From Octopus vulgaris (Eukaryota): 64,000 nucleotides of DNA. The DNA lies in contig OX597817.1 of NCBI GenBank assembly GCA_951406725.2, positions 63,550,001 to 63,614,000 of the forward strand, given 5' to 3'. Under the pieces are notes generated by a model that was not told the DNA's origin, made no database searches, and saw only the letters and a list, made by a program, of their open reading frames with translations. This document shows positions 27,172-41,047 of the stretch, one piece after another. Positions within the stretch are counted from its first letter, which is position 1; the number at the start of each line of letters is the position of its first letter. The position numbers and the translations under genes were made by a program.

Positions 27172-27257
27172 TTGGTACGATCGTTTGGTACTACATCATT
27201 TTATTAAATGTTGTAAGTATTACAACAGATTTAAGATGCTGAGTACTCATCAGCCAA
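27172..27257 (-). ncRNA. Hammerhead ribozyme copy with a core mutation (GAAA to CAAA)
   Basis: Mirror of 28321-28406, but G12 is C (plus-strand G at 27187). Confidence 0.8.
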
Positions 27258-28320
27258 TTATAGAGGTTTTCCATTAATACAAAAATTTTCAAATCAAGTG
27301 GCAATATTATAGAGAAGGTAGATATACAGACAAAGATGTGGATTTAAATTTTAAGAACATATAAGGTAGTGAAGTCCTTCCACTGACTGACTAAGATATG
27401 GCTGTTCCAAACTGCTGTAAGGTTAGAAGCAATAAAGATTTTTAAGTTGGGGTAAAGGAGGTTTCAGAACTCCATAAAAGGAATTCCTTTTGAACTCCAG
27501 ACGATTATTCAACTGATTTGTATTACTCTGGTGTTTTAAAATTTCATAAGTTTCCATAGAACAAAGTTGACAACCATCCCTACTATAAGGCTGCGCCCTT
27601 CTAACTATATCCCATTTTAGATTGAATTCTATATTATTTGTTTTTAGTTCCCAATTATGAAATTTTAAAACATCAGAGTAATACAAATCTGTAGAATAAT
27701 CGTCTGGATTTGGGAGTATCTTGTATACATTGCACAATCCGAACGTTTAAATACTTTAAATAATAATTTTGTGAGTATTCCTATAGTTTTCAAATTTTAA
27801 TTCTTTACAATCAAATAAGAAGAAATATACTATACTAGCTTTCAATTTAACATTCATAGATGATTAAATTTAATCTAGCTTTAAATTTAATCTAGCTTTA
27901 AAATTAATAAGGCTTCCCCCAGTTAAAAAATACTATGCCTACTCATAATAATAAGTGATAGGTTTTTTCTCCTTCTTCTCTCTAAATTACACTCTCTGTG
28001 AATGGGATTAGGGCCATTTGACAATGACCTAGTTTCTCTCACCAAATAGCAGTAATTGGCATTTGTTAGTGGCAATTGCTGTCTTCAACATGAATTCCTT
28101 TTATGGAGTTCTGAAACCTCCTTTACCCCAATTTAAAAATCTTTATTGCTTCTAACCTTACAGCAGTTTGGAACAGCCATATCTTAGTCAGTCAGTGGAA
28201 GGACTTCACTACCTCATATGATCTTAAAATTTAAATCCACATCTTTGTCTGTATATCTACCTTCTCTATAATGTTGCCACTTGATTTGAAAATTTTTGTA
28301 TTAATGGAAAACCTCTATAA

Positions 28321-28406
28321 TTGGCTGATGAGTACTCAGCATCTTAAATCTGTTGTAATACTTACAACATTTAATAAAATGATGTAGTACGAAACGATCG
28401 TACCAA
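28321..28406 (+). ncRNA. Type I hammerhead ribozyme, intact core
   Basis: TTGG-CTGATGA-GTAC..extended stem II..GTAC-GAAA-CGATCG-TA-CCAA; stem I TTGG/CCAA, stem II GTAC/GTAC, palindromic stem III, GUA cleavage triplet ending at 28402. Confidence 0.9.
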
Positions 28407-28437
28407 ATTACCGGAGTCATTCTTGTTGCTTATTTTG

Positions 28438-28553
<116 letters not shown>

Positions 28554-28689
28554 CCGTGTGTCCTACTACCAATCGATAACCGGTTTTATGCGTTTACGTC
28601 CTCGCAACTCGGAAATTAGCAATCGACTTGAGTGAAATGAAAGAGGTTCAACGAAGAATGGAAACCAGGAGACCTAACTATTTCGGATA

Positions 28690-28890
28690 TGGTCTTTCTA
28701 ATTAGGGCGCTAGGGCAGCAATTTTTAGGAAGAGGAGTTCGTCGCTTGCATCGATCTCACTACTCGGCTGGTATTTTACTTTATCAACCCTGAAAGGATG
28801 AAAAGCAAAGTTGACCTTAACGGGATTTGAATTCAGGACGCAAACAATAGGAAGAAATACGGCGTTAACGATTCTGCTTCATCACCGTCT
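28690..28890 (-). mobile_element. SINE family C, degenerate
   Basis: GAAAGGATGAAAAGCAAAGTTGACC..GATTTGAA..AACGATTCTGC..TCACCG. Confidence 0.7.
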
Positions 28891-29949
28891 TACTTTTTTT
28901 TTCAATTATACCATGTCCTTTTATTATGAATAGTTTTTACTGGATGAGACTTTCTGAGATGTTTAAATTTAAAGCTAATAATTACAAGACATAATCTTTA
29001 AGCTGTAATATTAAGAGCTCTTAAATTTATTTTTACTTCCTTTCTTTGATTTTTCTTTATTGCATGGTGAGTGCATCATTAAATAATGTATTTGTTTCGC
29101 ATCTTCACTAACAAAAGAGAAATTTGATCCGTATTTGAAAATATTTTTTCTGAATTCTACTCAGCTAAAAAGAAAAAAGAAAAAGAAAAGAAAACTACTT
29201 CGAATCCCTGTCAGTTGAAAATACGAACTTATTCCCAACTCAAAAATACAGAACAATGTATGGCGTTCTCAACCCTGCCGCATAAAATTAATTAAAATTT
29301 ACTGAATGAAATTACATTATTTTTCAATTTCAAAAGTGAATAATCACTATTTAAATCTAATATAGTATTTTTTATTAAATTTAGAAATATATTTGTTGTG
29401 ATCTTGACAAGCTGTGACGTTCATGCGTTTTATAATCGGTTTACGAGTAACAATGGAATAGAGATTTTAAATGAATTGCAGATGAAAAGCCAAGCAATTC
29501 ACTCAATCACACAAGGTCAAGAGATAAATAAATATTTGTAATTTTCTACTAGCGTGTGTGTACACATATTTGCGTGCATCTCTATCTGTGTGTGACATTG
29601 TTTGTGTGTCGGTGTCATCATAACAGATTGACAGTCGTGTATCAAGAGTTGTTGAACAAAAAGGACTTGCAATGAATTCAACTGTGATCGAATGAAAATA
29701 GATGAAAAACAAAAGTAAACTAAATAAAAAAAATAGAAAATAAAAATGGATATTAGAATTAAGACTGAAGTGGACCAATCCAGCTCAAAGCACGCACGTA
29801 CTTAGTATCATATACATTTCTACAGACGTACATTATTTTTATATATACGCGGGTGTGTATATAGTATGTATGTATGTATGTATGTATGTATGTATGTATG
29901 TATGTATGTATGTATGTATGCATGTGTGCATGCTCTCGTGTGTGTGTGG

Positions 29950-30085
29950 AAGTGCGTAGTTTAGTGATCAGGGTGATCGTAAGGTCATGATCGTAATGTC
30001 GTGATTTCGGTTCCTCAATTGGGCGATGCTTTATGTTCTAGAGCAACATATTTCATTTCATGTTGCTCCAGTCCACTCAGTGTTC
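29950..30085 (+). mobile_element. Degenerate SINE family B head
   Basis: TAGTGATCAGGG..GAGCAA..TGTTGCTCCAGTCCACTCAG. Confidence 0.55.
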
Positions 30086-30250
30086 CGTTCAAGGGCGGGA
30101 TATATATGCCATGGGGTCCAGGAAATCGCCTTTATGAGCTTATGGCTCAAGAAATACCTTTGATAGTTTGATATGTAAACGTATACATACATACATACAT
30201 ACATACATACATACATACATACATACATACATACATACATACATACATAC

Positions 30251-30505
30251 TAGGTTTTGTTAGTAATTGCTTAGAGGAGAATCTGGATAAACTGGGATTT
30301 TCAGAAAGAGAAATCGATCGGCAAATTTCTTACATTACAAGTGCAATCTGTGAGTGGAACCGTAAAAATATGCAAGACTTTTCTCAAGTTCCAAATGTGA
30401 ATTTGTCTGTGTTAACTACATCCCATGATGGAGCCTTGTATCTTCGTTGGAAACCGGCTCTCTCTTCAGTGGAAGATTTATAATAATTTAAAAAAAATAG
30501 AAGAG
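30251..30505 (+). mobile_element. RLE-type (R4/Dong-like) non-LTR retrotransposon 3' end within (CATA)n
   Basis: [38 protein letters not shown] followed by a UTR; flanked on both sides by (CATA)n. Confidence 0.7.
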
Positions 30506-30582
30506 ACATACATACATACATACATACATACATACATACATACATACATACATACATACATGCATATATTCATGCATACATA

Positions 30583-31160
30583 AAGAAGAGAAACTGTGTA
30601 CAGTTATGGAAATCAACTTCACAGCGGATGTTAATATAAAGCTAAAGATCAGTGAAAAAGAAAATACCTTCGCTGAACTATTAAGGAATCTGCAGTTACT
30701 ATATCCAGATTACAAGTTCAGGTTTATAGCTGTAATTATTGGAGACTGCGATATGCAACACACTGTCTAAACACCAGTCTTGAGAAATTTGGTTTCTCAA
30801 AATCAGAAAGATGAAAGCTAATTCGAAGGCTACAGATCCAAGCCATCCCTGGAACTGTAAAAATCTGTAAAACTTTCCAGAAGTTTATAATTTAAGCATA
30901 TATGAGCATGTCTAGATATGCAATTATATGCTTTAGAAGACATACATAAAACAAAACATACAGCTCTGCACGTATACATACATACATACATACATACATA
31001 CATACATACATACATACATACATACATACGCGTACGTACGTACATACATGCATGCAAAAATACCATGTTGAAATTCTAATGAATTGGAATTCCAATGAAT
31101 TAGATCTTGGTTAGAAACCGGCTCTTTCTCTATTGGAAAGAAATCTTGAAATAAAACTGA
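30583..31160 (+). mobile_element. Second RLE-type non-LTR retrotransposon 3' end within (CATA)n
   Basis: [61 protein letters not shown]; UTR motif GAAACCGGCTCT shared with 30450. Confidence 0.75.
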
Positions 31161-32432
31161 ATACATATATACACACACATGCACACCACATACTTACATA
31201 AAGGTTTATATACATACTGGATATATATGTAAATATTATGTGTACATGTGTATGTGGGTATTTTTACTCTGTTTTACTACTTCTCCGGTTACATTGTTTT
31301 CTTGTAGAAAGATCTGCATTTATTCAACCAGAATTTGAAGTAGGAACGACACTCTCTCATTGAATTTGATAGGGAATGAACAAATACGGACTCTTCTGGA
31401 GGAAAAAATTATACCAGAGAGATTACAAGAAATACTTATCCAGCTTTCCGACGTTGGGTACTCATCATTCATCCCCTACTAACTTATACATATATACATA
31501 TATGCATATACATACACCTATATTTTCATACTTACATATGCATATATATCCATATGTATACACTCATACACATACAAACACTCGTACCACTTGTATACAT
31601 ACATACTTATATATATATATATATATATATACATACATACACATGTATGTATGCATGCATGTATATGTATGAATATATGCATGTATATTTTTATGCATGC
31701 ATGCATGTATGTATGTATGTATAATGGAATTAGTTTGTTCGCATGTCATAAAAAGTTTGCAATCATGTAAAGAATTCGATGCTAAGATGGCAGAACATCA
31801 AATGTTTATTTTAGCAGAGTTGGAGAAAATTTTAATTATGTATCCTTGAAGACGGACTCGGCGAAGCATTGGGAAAATTGTCTTAAATCTCCTTAAACTA
31901 TATAACAATGGACTCGAGGCAAAAATGAAGATAGGAAAGAAATAGAACACGAAAAGTGTGTGTGGGTATGTGTGAAAGAGAGAGAGATGGGGGAGGGGGG
32001 AGGGAGATGGAGACAGAGTGTGAGTGAGAGAGGAAAATAAGTAAATGTGTAAATGAAACTGTTAAATTCTATTGGAAGACATTTAAGAAGGTTGTTAATT
32101 TAAATTACTAAGGAAGGTAAACAAGTAAATTTGATCAATCAAGTGTGGAGAGGAGGAAGAAATTTTGAATTGTTATGGGAAGAGGAAAGTTGTATTTTTC
32201 TGAAGACGAAGGCATGGAATTTATTTTGAAATACATGCAACTTAAAGCAAGTAATAGATGTTAACATACGATGTAAAATGCGTGGGCTTAGGAATAGAGT
32301 GCGACAAATCGTCGATGTATCTAAATTGTTCTTGTATTTATTGGTTAATAACAAGAAATTATCCATAAATCGGTGTGAATTGCCGAAATTAAAGGGAAAA
32401 ATCTGAAAGAATATGAATATCCTATATGAATA

Positions 32433-32592
32433 GGCGTAGGAGTGGGTGTGTGGTAAGTAGCTTGCTTACCAACCACATGGTTTGGGTTCAGTCCCACTGC
32501 GTGGCAATTGAGCAAGTGTCTTCTACTATAGCCTTGGGCCGACCAAAGCCTTGTGAGTGGATTTGGTAGACGGAAACTGAAAGAAGCTTGTC

Positions 32593-32595
<3 letters not shown>
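32433..32595 (+). mobile_element. SINE family A, 5' half
   Basis: GGCGTAGGAGTGG..GGGTTCAGTCCCACTGCGTGGC..GGAAACTGAAAGAAG. Confidence 0.9.
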
Positions 32596-32665
<70 letters not shown>

Positions 32666-32699
32666 TGTGTGTGTGTGTATATGTTTGTGTGTTTGTTTA

Positions 32700-33500
32700 G
32701 AGTTTCGTTAGGTTTGCAGTATGGATAGTATTAAAAATAGTTTGGTTTAATATTTATCTGAGAAAATTGCTGTAGTAAACTTAGTTTCTATTTTAATCTA
32801 ATTGTTCAAAACTTTTGAAGATGTAAGGATGTGAAGTGGGGTTGCAATTATGCCATCGTCTCAGTATAGGCCTCCTTCGATACGGACAAGAGGACAGTGT
32901 TTTTAAGTTAGGCAGTAAATATAATCCCATGTGATAATTAATTATAGCAGGATCGTTTGCAATGCTGACATAGTTAGACATAATAAGCTCCTTTGATAAT
33001 CAATTTCGAATGATTATAATTCAGACTAGTTTTCTGAGTTCATAAAATATATAACTGAGGGTGCTAAATGAAGATTTGATTTTGTTAGAAGTCTTTCATA
33101 TCACAGTTTCAGAATTTAGGGCTATTTTACCGTAGTTATATTTGAACTATTCGATAACACTATAAGTATTATTTCATGCACTAAGCGTGATATCGCCTTA
33201 AGTTTAAGAGTAAGTTTGTCTTAGAAGTGTTAACTAATAACTACAATAAGATATTTTGAGGGGTTACTTAATCAAGCAACAGATTTTCGGTCGAAATTAG
33301 TTTCATGGTTTTTAAATGGAAAAGCATTGACTATTGACATATGAGTGGTTCAGTTCTGTCTTCAGTGTAAAGATCAGAAGTAATTATTAATGCTGGGGCA
33401 AAATCTAGTTAAAAGTTTTCACAATCAGTTTTCTTAGTTGTTGAGATAAATGTAGATAGGAGACTGTGAAAAGTAATGTTGCCGATTTTGTATATATCTT
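32700..33500 (-). mobile_element. Penelope-like reverse transcriptase remnant
   Basis: Minus frames give AFPFKNHETNF..LSNPSK (cf. AFITLKDHK.NF..RLINPAK), DMKDF (cf. FDI.DFY), MGLYLL.NL and GGLY*DDG (YRDD). Confidence 0.75.
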
Positions 33501-35185
33501 TATTTTATCAGATTGTGCGTAGATTTTGCACGACAGCTTAACTGGCACGAAGCTTAGAATACAAATTGATCTGTAATCGAAAGCGTAGCATTGTGAATTT
33601 AATATTTATGGTCAAGGAAAACAGTTCTTCAAATGGTGTAAGTAGGCGTGTTTGATTTAAATCACACTTAAAGTTTCTTTGTGTTTGTCTTGTTTTCCGA
33701 AGAAATGAATGCCGCACCACTTGCCTTCTACACACACACACACACACGTATGTGTGTACGTACGCACTCGCGTGTGCACGCATATTTGTACGTGTGTATG
33801 TGTGTGTGTGTGTGTGTACACGCACGTATATGTAAACGTATACATATGCACAAGGCTATTTTAAATATAAAATGACAAAATTCACTTGTGGATATGTTTT
33901 TGCAGCGTATTGCAATCTGAAAGTAACACAAAATGTTTTGTAAAAAACGGAAGTCTAAGACGGCTTGATTCCTAATATCATTGTCACTTCTTTTATTATT
34001 AAAACCAGATACCACGCTATCTTCCTCGGGTATTTAAGGGAATATATTGAATTTCTTTATTATAGCACATGTTGCATTAACGTGTATGATGTTCTATAGC
34101 GTTGAAAACTGAAAGGAAACATTGTTGAGTAAAAGGAAATAAATCCAGACCAAGTAAATGTAAGAATTATTTCCGTTCATGAATAACTAAATTACCATTT
34201 ACTTTTATTATAGCGTAGATTACAATTTGGAGTTGTTTACATTTACGTACAAAATATTGCTGCACAGGTGGTTCGACGCGATGTGTTTAATTCTGATAAT
34301 GGCTAAGACAGTAAATACACACGTTGTCATTTATATGAGAGAAGTTCGCGTGAGTTCGTAATGTTACTCGTGTATCTCCGTAATAACTAATAAAAGACAA
34401 AAAAAAAAAAACAAAAAGAAAGAAAATCGTGTGATATTTTCCAACCGACTGAACATTTTTCATAAACAATTTTGTTTTCTAAACATCAAACGCAAATATA
34501 AATCATATAAGATAGATATGTTGTATTGAGGATGTCTTGTCGCTCTCTGAATAACCACCCGTTGATAAGGAACTATTTTTAATTCTTTTATTCTTTCAGT
34601 CATTTAACTGCAGCCATGCTGGAACACCGAAGGATTACTAAAATTCTCTTTATTTTTCTTCTGTGATATTGGTGTTTGATCTTTCTGGACGTTGCTTTCT
34701 TTTTCTCTACTGAATTTTATTCATACTCACTTCTGTATTACTATTTTATACATGATTTTATGTCATTGACAAGCATATTCCACCTTTTATTTTATTACAT
34801 TTAAAATTCAATAAATTCAGTACATGGAATAGTGCTGTGTCATGTGATATACAGCTGTAAACTATGCTCTCCCAAACTTTCCCCCCTCCTCCTCCCTTTC
34901 TCTCGTTCGCTCTCTCATCAAAGTTACTGTACAGCCGAATATGCCTGCATAACGGATGTGCATTTCAAGGAAATAGTCTCCTTGCTTATGCTATTTATAC
35001 TTTCAACAAATCCTTAATCGGAGGAACTGAGAAAGTCTGGAGGTACATGGTTAGTTTACATGAGGACAGAAACACCAGTTTCACATACAGTTTTGTGGAC
35101 AACTGAAAGTGTATGCCAAGAATATGAAAATAATCGAACCATTGAGCTATAGAGATGGAATTTGGTCAAGATAAATCTTCATATA

Positions 35186-35589
35186 GGCACAGGAGTGGCT
35201 GGGTGGTAAGTAGCTTGCTTACAAACCACATGGTTCCGGGTTCTGTCCCACTGCGTGGCACCTTGGCCAAGTGTCTTCTACTATAGCCTCGGGCCAACAA
35301 AAGCCTTGTAAGTGGATTTGGTACACGGAAACTGAAAGAAACCCGTCGTATATATGTATGTATATGTATGTGTGTGTATATGTTTGTGTCTGTATTTGGC
35401 CCCAACCTCGATTGACAACCGATGGTGGTATGTTTACGTCCCCGTAACTTAGCCGTCCGGCAAAAGAGACCGATAGAATAAGTGCTAGGCTTACAAAGAA
35501 TAAGTCCTGGGGTAGATTTGCTCGACTAAAGGCGGTGCTCCAGCATGGCCGCAGTCTTTTTGACTGAAACAAGTAAAAGAGTAAAGAGT
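35186..35589 (+). mobile_element. SINE family A, full length
   Basis: A box AGTGGCTGGGTGG, B-box-like GGTTCTGTCC, internal (TA/TG)n tract, GTAAAAGA tail. Confidence 0.92.
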
Positions 35590-36731
35590 ATACTTCTTTG
35601 TAAACGAGCAAAACCTACAAGCAACGCTTTTGTCAATGACCAGGTTATTTTCCTGTTATCCAACCAGGGTTACAACAATATCTAGTATCGGCTGAAAATA
35701 TAACCAATGATGGCACATGTAATAAAGGAGCGTAAGCAGATAATATGAACAAAAATAGCTTCCTCAGAATTCCCTATATATACAATAAATTAATGAATTA
35801 CAATGATTTTGCTATATCAGTATTCTTTCCAGTATGTGGGCTTCCCAATTAGATGCTAGTTGAAATGTAGGCCATTGATGTTAAAACCCGAACGCTAATG
35901 ACATAAGAAATTTCCATATCAGCAGAAATGTAACCTGTTTTTACTTAAAACGGAAAAAGGAGGTAAGCACTTAACAGCACTTAACATCGATTCAAACTGC
36001 TTTTGAAAGACGTTCCGTATTTCTTTCGACCATATATACTAACCACTAAATGTCAAAGTCATCCATCGATCAGGTTTGTACACATGAGTTTAATAACATT
36101 ATGAGAGTTAGAAAGAAACTCTGCAGAAAGTAATCATTGACTGATGACTTGGAATTCAAACCCAAGAAAGTTATACAGATGCATCACAGTAAATAATCAT
36201 ACGAAAAGTTTTCTGTTTATTGTCTTAGTAAAAAGGTCAATCACGGTTCTGTTTTGAAAAGTCCAGCGGCTGCAACTTTAATAATAAATGAAGTTTATCT
36301 TAAACCATTCACCAGTATATCAATTATATATGTCTCTGATATTAGTTCTCAGTAACTTTAAGGCAATAGTGTGTTCCCCGATGATCCATTGTAGTTAAGT
36401 ATCATTTGCATCCGGAAAAGTACAATACGAAATGGACTACTAAATGCTGAAACGTACGTAAGATCAGATGATATTGACTTGTACTTGATTATCGTAATTT
36501 TTCCTTCATTTGCTCTGTATGTCATAACCAGTATTACTACTAAGCATAGTAGCAGCTGAAACACGATACTTGAAGCAGACTGGACGATGATAATCGACTT
36601 GGAGCTCAACAGTAGTTGTCGTGCATCTATTGGCACACACAAGATACATTGCATACATACACACACACACATACATACATACATACATACATACATACAT
36701 ACGTACATACATACATACATACATACATACA

Positions 36732-36762
<31 letters not shown>

Positions 36763-36784
36763 CGCCATGATAGATCGGGAGCCA

Positions 36785-36950
36785 CTACACACATTTTTCT
36801 CTCCTTGTTTCTTTCTGTGTTCCTTTCTGTGGAAGAGCGTAGCCTCTAAACGTTAAAGACTTTTTCAATTCCCAAGCGTTATACTAATACATCTATTTGT
36901 TTTCTACACCACCTGTCTTCGTCTTTTGTTTTTTTGCGTGAATTCTCCCT
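36785..36950 (+). mobile_element. PLE-type terminal repeat with a decayed minimal hammerhead
   Basis: CTGTGGA-A-GAGCGTAGCCTC-TAAA-CG-TT; homologous to 57075-57260. Confidence 0.55.
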
Positions 36951-37143
36951 ACATACACACGTACATACGTACATACATACATACATATATACATACATGC
37001 ATGCATACATACATACATATATACATACATACACACTTCGAGTTCCACAAAAAACAGTTTCTTTCATATCTCTTGGTTTCTAAATTCTTATGAAAGAAAC
37101 TAACACGCACGCACACGGACGCACGCACGCACGCACGCACGCA

Positions 37144-37177
<34 letters not shown>

Positions 37178-37249
37178 TATCACTGAATTATGTATGTGGT
37201 GTATGGTACTGTATGTTTGTGAGGATCCTCCTATTTTAAAATTAATATT

Positions 37250-38260
37250 TGTGATCAGATGAAAAGATGAAACACTATGATGAGACATCTAAGTATACGT
37301 AATTTTTCTTAGTGGACATTTATTGCGTATGTGGATAAATAGTTCTTTGACTGAAGATTTTTATTTGGGTATGGTAATACAAGTTGGAGCATGAAGAAAT
37401 TCTACTCTGTTATCTGCAGTTCATAGTAGCGTATGGTTGTCATTGGATGGATTTGTTTTAAGAATTTCAATAACTTCGTCTGTTGCAAATATAAATATTT
37501 GGTTATGTTATGTTTATCTTAACTTATGTTATGATTACTGTTAACAAAATAACCCTACTTGTGTGTTTTTATAACGTTATATACTCCTAATGGTGTTTAT
37601 TTTCTTACAAGTGGTGTAAAAATCTCGCATCTATTATCTATTATATGAATTTTAGTTTTGCTGTAAATTTAAGGGTAGGGTTTCTTTTTGATACGAGAAC
37701 GTTATGTCCTATCATATAAAATGCTTTATAATGTGTTTATATAGTGCTGTGTGTGTTAAAATAATGTATATATACTTGATTTCTTTATTTGAATTTATAG
37801 AAAACATTTGTTCTTTAGTTGAATGAGAATTTTAGTGGAGATTATGTATGTATATATACTTCAGCATGAAAATTATTTGTAAATAATAGTTTATATTATT
37901 TAATTTTGCATTCAATGAATCATTATAATATTATTTCCATTTAAGTTTGTTTTTATGATATTCTACTTGCTAGAGTATACGTGACTCTAGTGTTCTATTA
38001 TTCATATTTAAAAATCTCTTGGTATAGGCTAGTATAGTATATGGGCTACTAAATGTGATACTGCCGGTTTGTCTATTCTGCTTTACTTAAGTCAACACTC
38101 AGCAAACTTATTTTTACTGTCTTTATTACTTGATCTGTTTGTCAAAACATGAAATAAAGAATTATATCACGTATCCTATTTCTGAAGTCTATAAACATTC
38201 ATAATTGTCTTACTTAACGTGTTACGAATTTTTATTTTTCAAGTATACGAATTGCATTGT
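37250..38260 (-). mobile_element. Highly degraded PLE-like RT remnant
   Basis: Short motif PTLKFT (cf. HPTIKFT) near 37650-37680; otherwise AT-rich decay. Confidence 0.35.
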
Positions 38261-38572
38261 CCTGTGATACTATAAACATATTGTCTTAAGTTTCGCTCTC
38301 CTATCCTTTGTTGCTTGTCCTTCACCGAATCTTTCCTAAGTAAATTTTTCTAGAAATGTATTGGAGAAGCTAACAGTCTTGTTCTTTAAGCGTGAAAACT
38401 ACGGAACTACGTCAACAACCGATGAGAGAATATATCTGTGTTTTCTTAGTCCTATTCCTTTGATCTGTTTTTTTGTACTTAATATTTCCTTTTTTTTTTT
38501 GTAGTAATGCAACGCAAATCTATATCATTAACAGTTAATATACATACATACATACATACATACATACATACA

Positions 38573-38604
<32 letters not shown>

Positions 38605-38676
38605 CATTGCAGTTTATCCTGCAAATTGTATTTCTATATGACAGACCATATATTAATAAAGAAATATATATGACAG

Positions 38677-38742
38677 ACCATGCTGACAAGATTGCAGTTT
38701 ATCCTTGCGGATATTAACATTCGAAACTGATCGGTACATGGT
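38677..38742 (+). ncRNA. Type I hammerhead-like motif with G8-to-A change
   Basis: ACCATG-CTGACAA-GAT..TATCC/GGATA..ATTC-GAAA-CTGATCGG-TA-CATGGT; 6-bp stem I. Confidence 0.7.
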
Positions 38743-38907
38743 TAATCATTTTTATTTCGTATATTTTCATTTGTCTTGCTTAATTTTAATGCTTTGGTTT
38801 GTGCTGAGTTTTTATTTGAGAACATATTCTTTGTGGAAAATAGAGATTTGACGTCTATATCTAGCATGTTGACCGTCCACTTTTAGTGGTCAGTCCTTTG
38901 AATTTTG

Positions 38908-38981
<74 letters not shown>

Positions 38982-39096
38982 TGTATGTATGTATGTATGT
39001 ATGTATGTATGTGTGTATGTATGCATATATGTATGTGTGTGTGTGTACATATATATGCGTCTATGTGTTTGTGTGTGACAGGTATATCTTAGGTTA

Positions 39097-39330
39097 GAAA
39101 GGCGGCGAGCTGGCAGAATCGTTAGCACGCCGGGCGAAATGCTTTGCGGTATTTCGTCTGTCGCTACGTTCTGAGTTCAAATTCCGCCGAGGTCGACTTT
39201 GCCTTTCATCCTTTCGGGGTCGGTTAAATAAGTATCAGTTTCGCACTGGGGTCGATATAATCGATTTAATCCGTTTGTCTGTCCTTGTTTGTCCTCTCTA
39301 TGTGGAGCCCCTTGTGGGTAGTAAGGAAAT
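39097..39330 (+). mobile_element. SINE family C, full length, with a 17-bp target-site duplication
   Basis: AGGTATATCTTAGGTTA at 39080-39096 and 39331-39347; head GGCGGCGAGCTGGCAGAATCG, B box GAGTTCAAATTCC. Confidence 0.93.
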
Positions 39331-39347
39331 AGGTATATCTTAGGTTA

Positions 39348-40000
39348 ACTTTTTTTTTATATGAAATTGAAGCTCGCTTAAAAGTCATTAACTTCCTTGA
39401 TGTTACTTTTAAAGAAGACAACTCTTGGTATTTTAAGGCCAAATAATTAGTTTATTGTACGACATTGAACAACAATCTCATCCCAATCATATGTACATAT
39501 AAGTTTAACAGTAAATTCGTACACCCCAAGATTTTATAATCACTCGCATACGCACAGATTCACCTCCGCACGCACACACACACACACACACACACACAGA
39601 TAAAAATATGTAAAGTGTTAAAAACTAAAACGAAAGAAAATTCTATCATCCGCCCAACCTTTTGCGAACAATTAAAAATTTGTACCTCGAAACCCTTTCA
39701 CTCTCTAGTTACTTAATCTATATTCTGAATTATTGTCATCACGCAGACGGATTTTTAAGCTATCAAAACATTTCAAGCATATTTTAATGTTCAAATAGGT
39801 AATAATTTATTGAACATCTCACCTTACACCTGCCTAATTTATTAATACATTTCTACTAACAGGTTCATTCTATTAGTTTTAAGTTTACTTCGACAGGAAA
39901 TAATTTGATATCAGAGTTTTCTATAACTAACACTGCCAGCATATTTCCACAAAATTAATGGTTTCCTTAATCATTAGTGCATTCCTACTTCGTAAATATG
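39348..40000 (+). mobile_element. Degraded PLE RT/endonuclease remnant
   Basis: VINFLDVTF at ~39383-39410 followed by a QSHP-like motif; 3' extent uncertain. Confidence 0.5.
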
Positions 40001-40780
40001 TTTCTGAGAAACTACACAACTATAATTGACAATACCAGAAGTTGACTCTACTAGAGTTTCATTTTAATTTATTTATCTATTTAAACTATAATTCACCATT
40101 TATCTACTTCATTATATATTTATTTAGTATCTAATTTACGACCTACAAGTTTCCATTAAATCACCAATTTATCAAGTTTTAATATGTGTAGTTTATTGCT
40201 GTCAAATTTATAATAAATTGTTTATGGACCCTCTCTAATTTCAATGATAACACCTTTACATATCCGTTTCATAAAATACTGTACACCTCATTCCAATCTG
40301 AAACCCCCGTTTTTTTTTATATCTTTATTTTAATCAATTTCAGTGTTGCTTTATAAGTATATATATTCTCACTTATATTCCGATGCAATCACTTTCTCAC
40401 TGTCTTTTAAGATAATATTTTTTTCTTCGAGTTGTTTTATTAAAAAATGCCTTTGCTCGAACATATACCTAATTACTCAAAGTAAAAAATAATTTTCACA
40501 CATAAATATAACTGATACGACATATCTATATGATAAATGTTATTTTAAGGTTTGCAAGTTTTGCGTTTGATAATACCATTGTTTGAACATATAACAAATT
40601 GCTCTCGGTGACAACATCGTTTATACTTACATTGTGATATAACACACATATATAAAAGATAATATTATACAGAGATAAATATGTGTGATATTCATTTCTT
40701 GCGTATCTAAGCAAATGATTTTTCATAAATTAACTATCTTTATCTGGAATGTATTTTAATGCACATGTTTGAATATATTC

Positions 40781-40811
<31 letters not shown>

Positions 40812-41047
40812 TGTATGTATGTATGTATGTATGTATGTATGTATGTATGTATGTATGTATGTATGCATGTATGTATGCATGTTTGTATGTATGTATGTAT
40901 GTATGTATTTATGTATGTCTGTATTCATGCATGCATGTATTATGTATGTATGTATGATATCATATATATGTATGCATGTATGAATACATATATTTGTATA
41001 CATATATACGCATGTGTGTGTGCATGTATATTCTTGCATTTGTTGTA

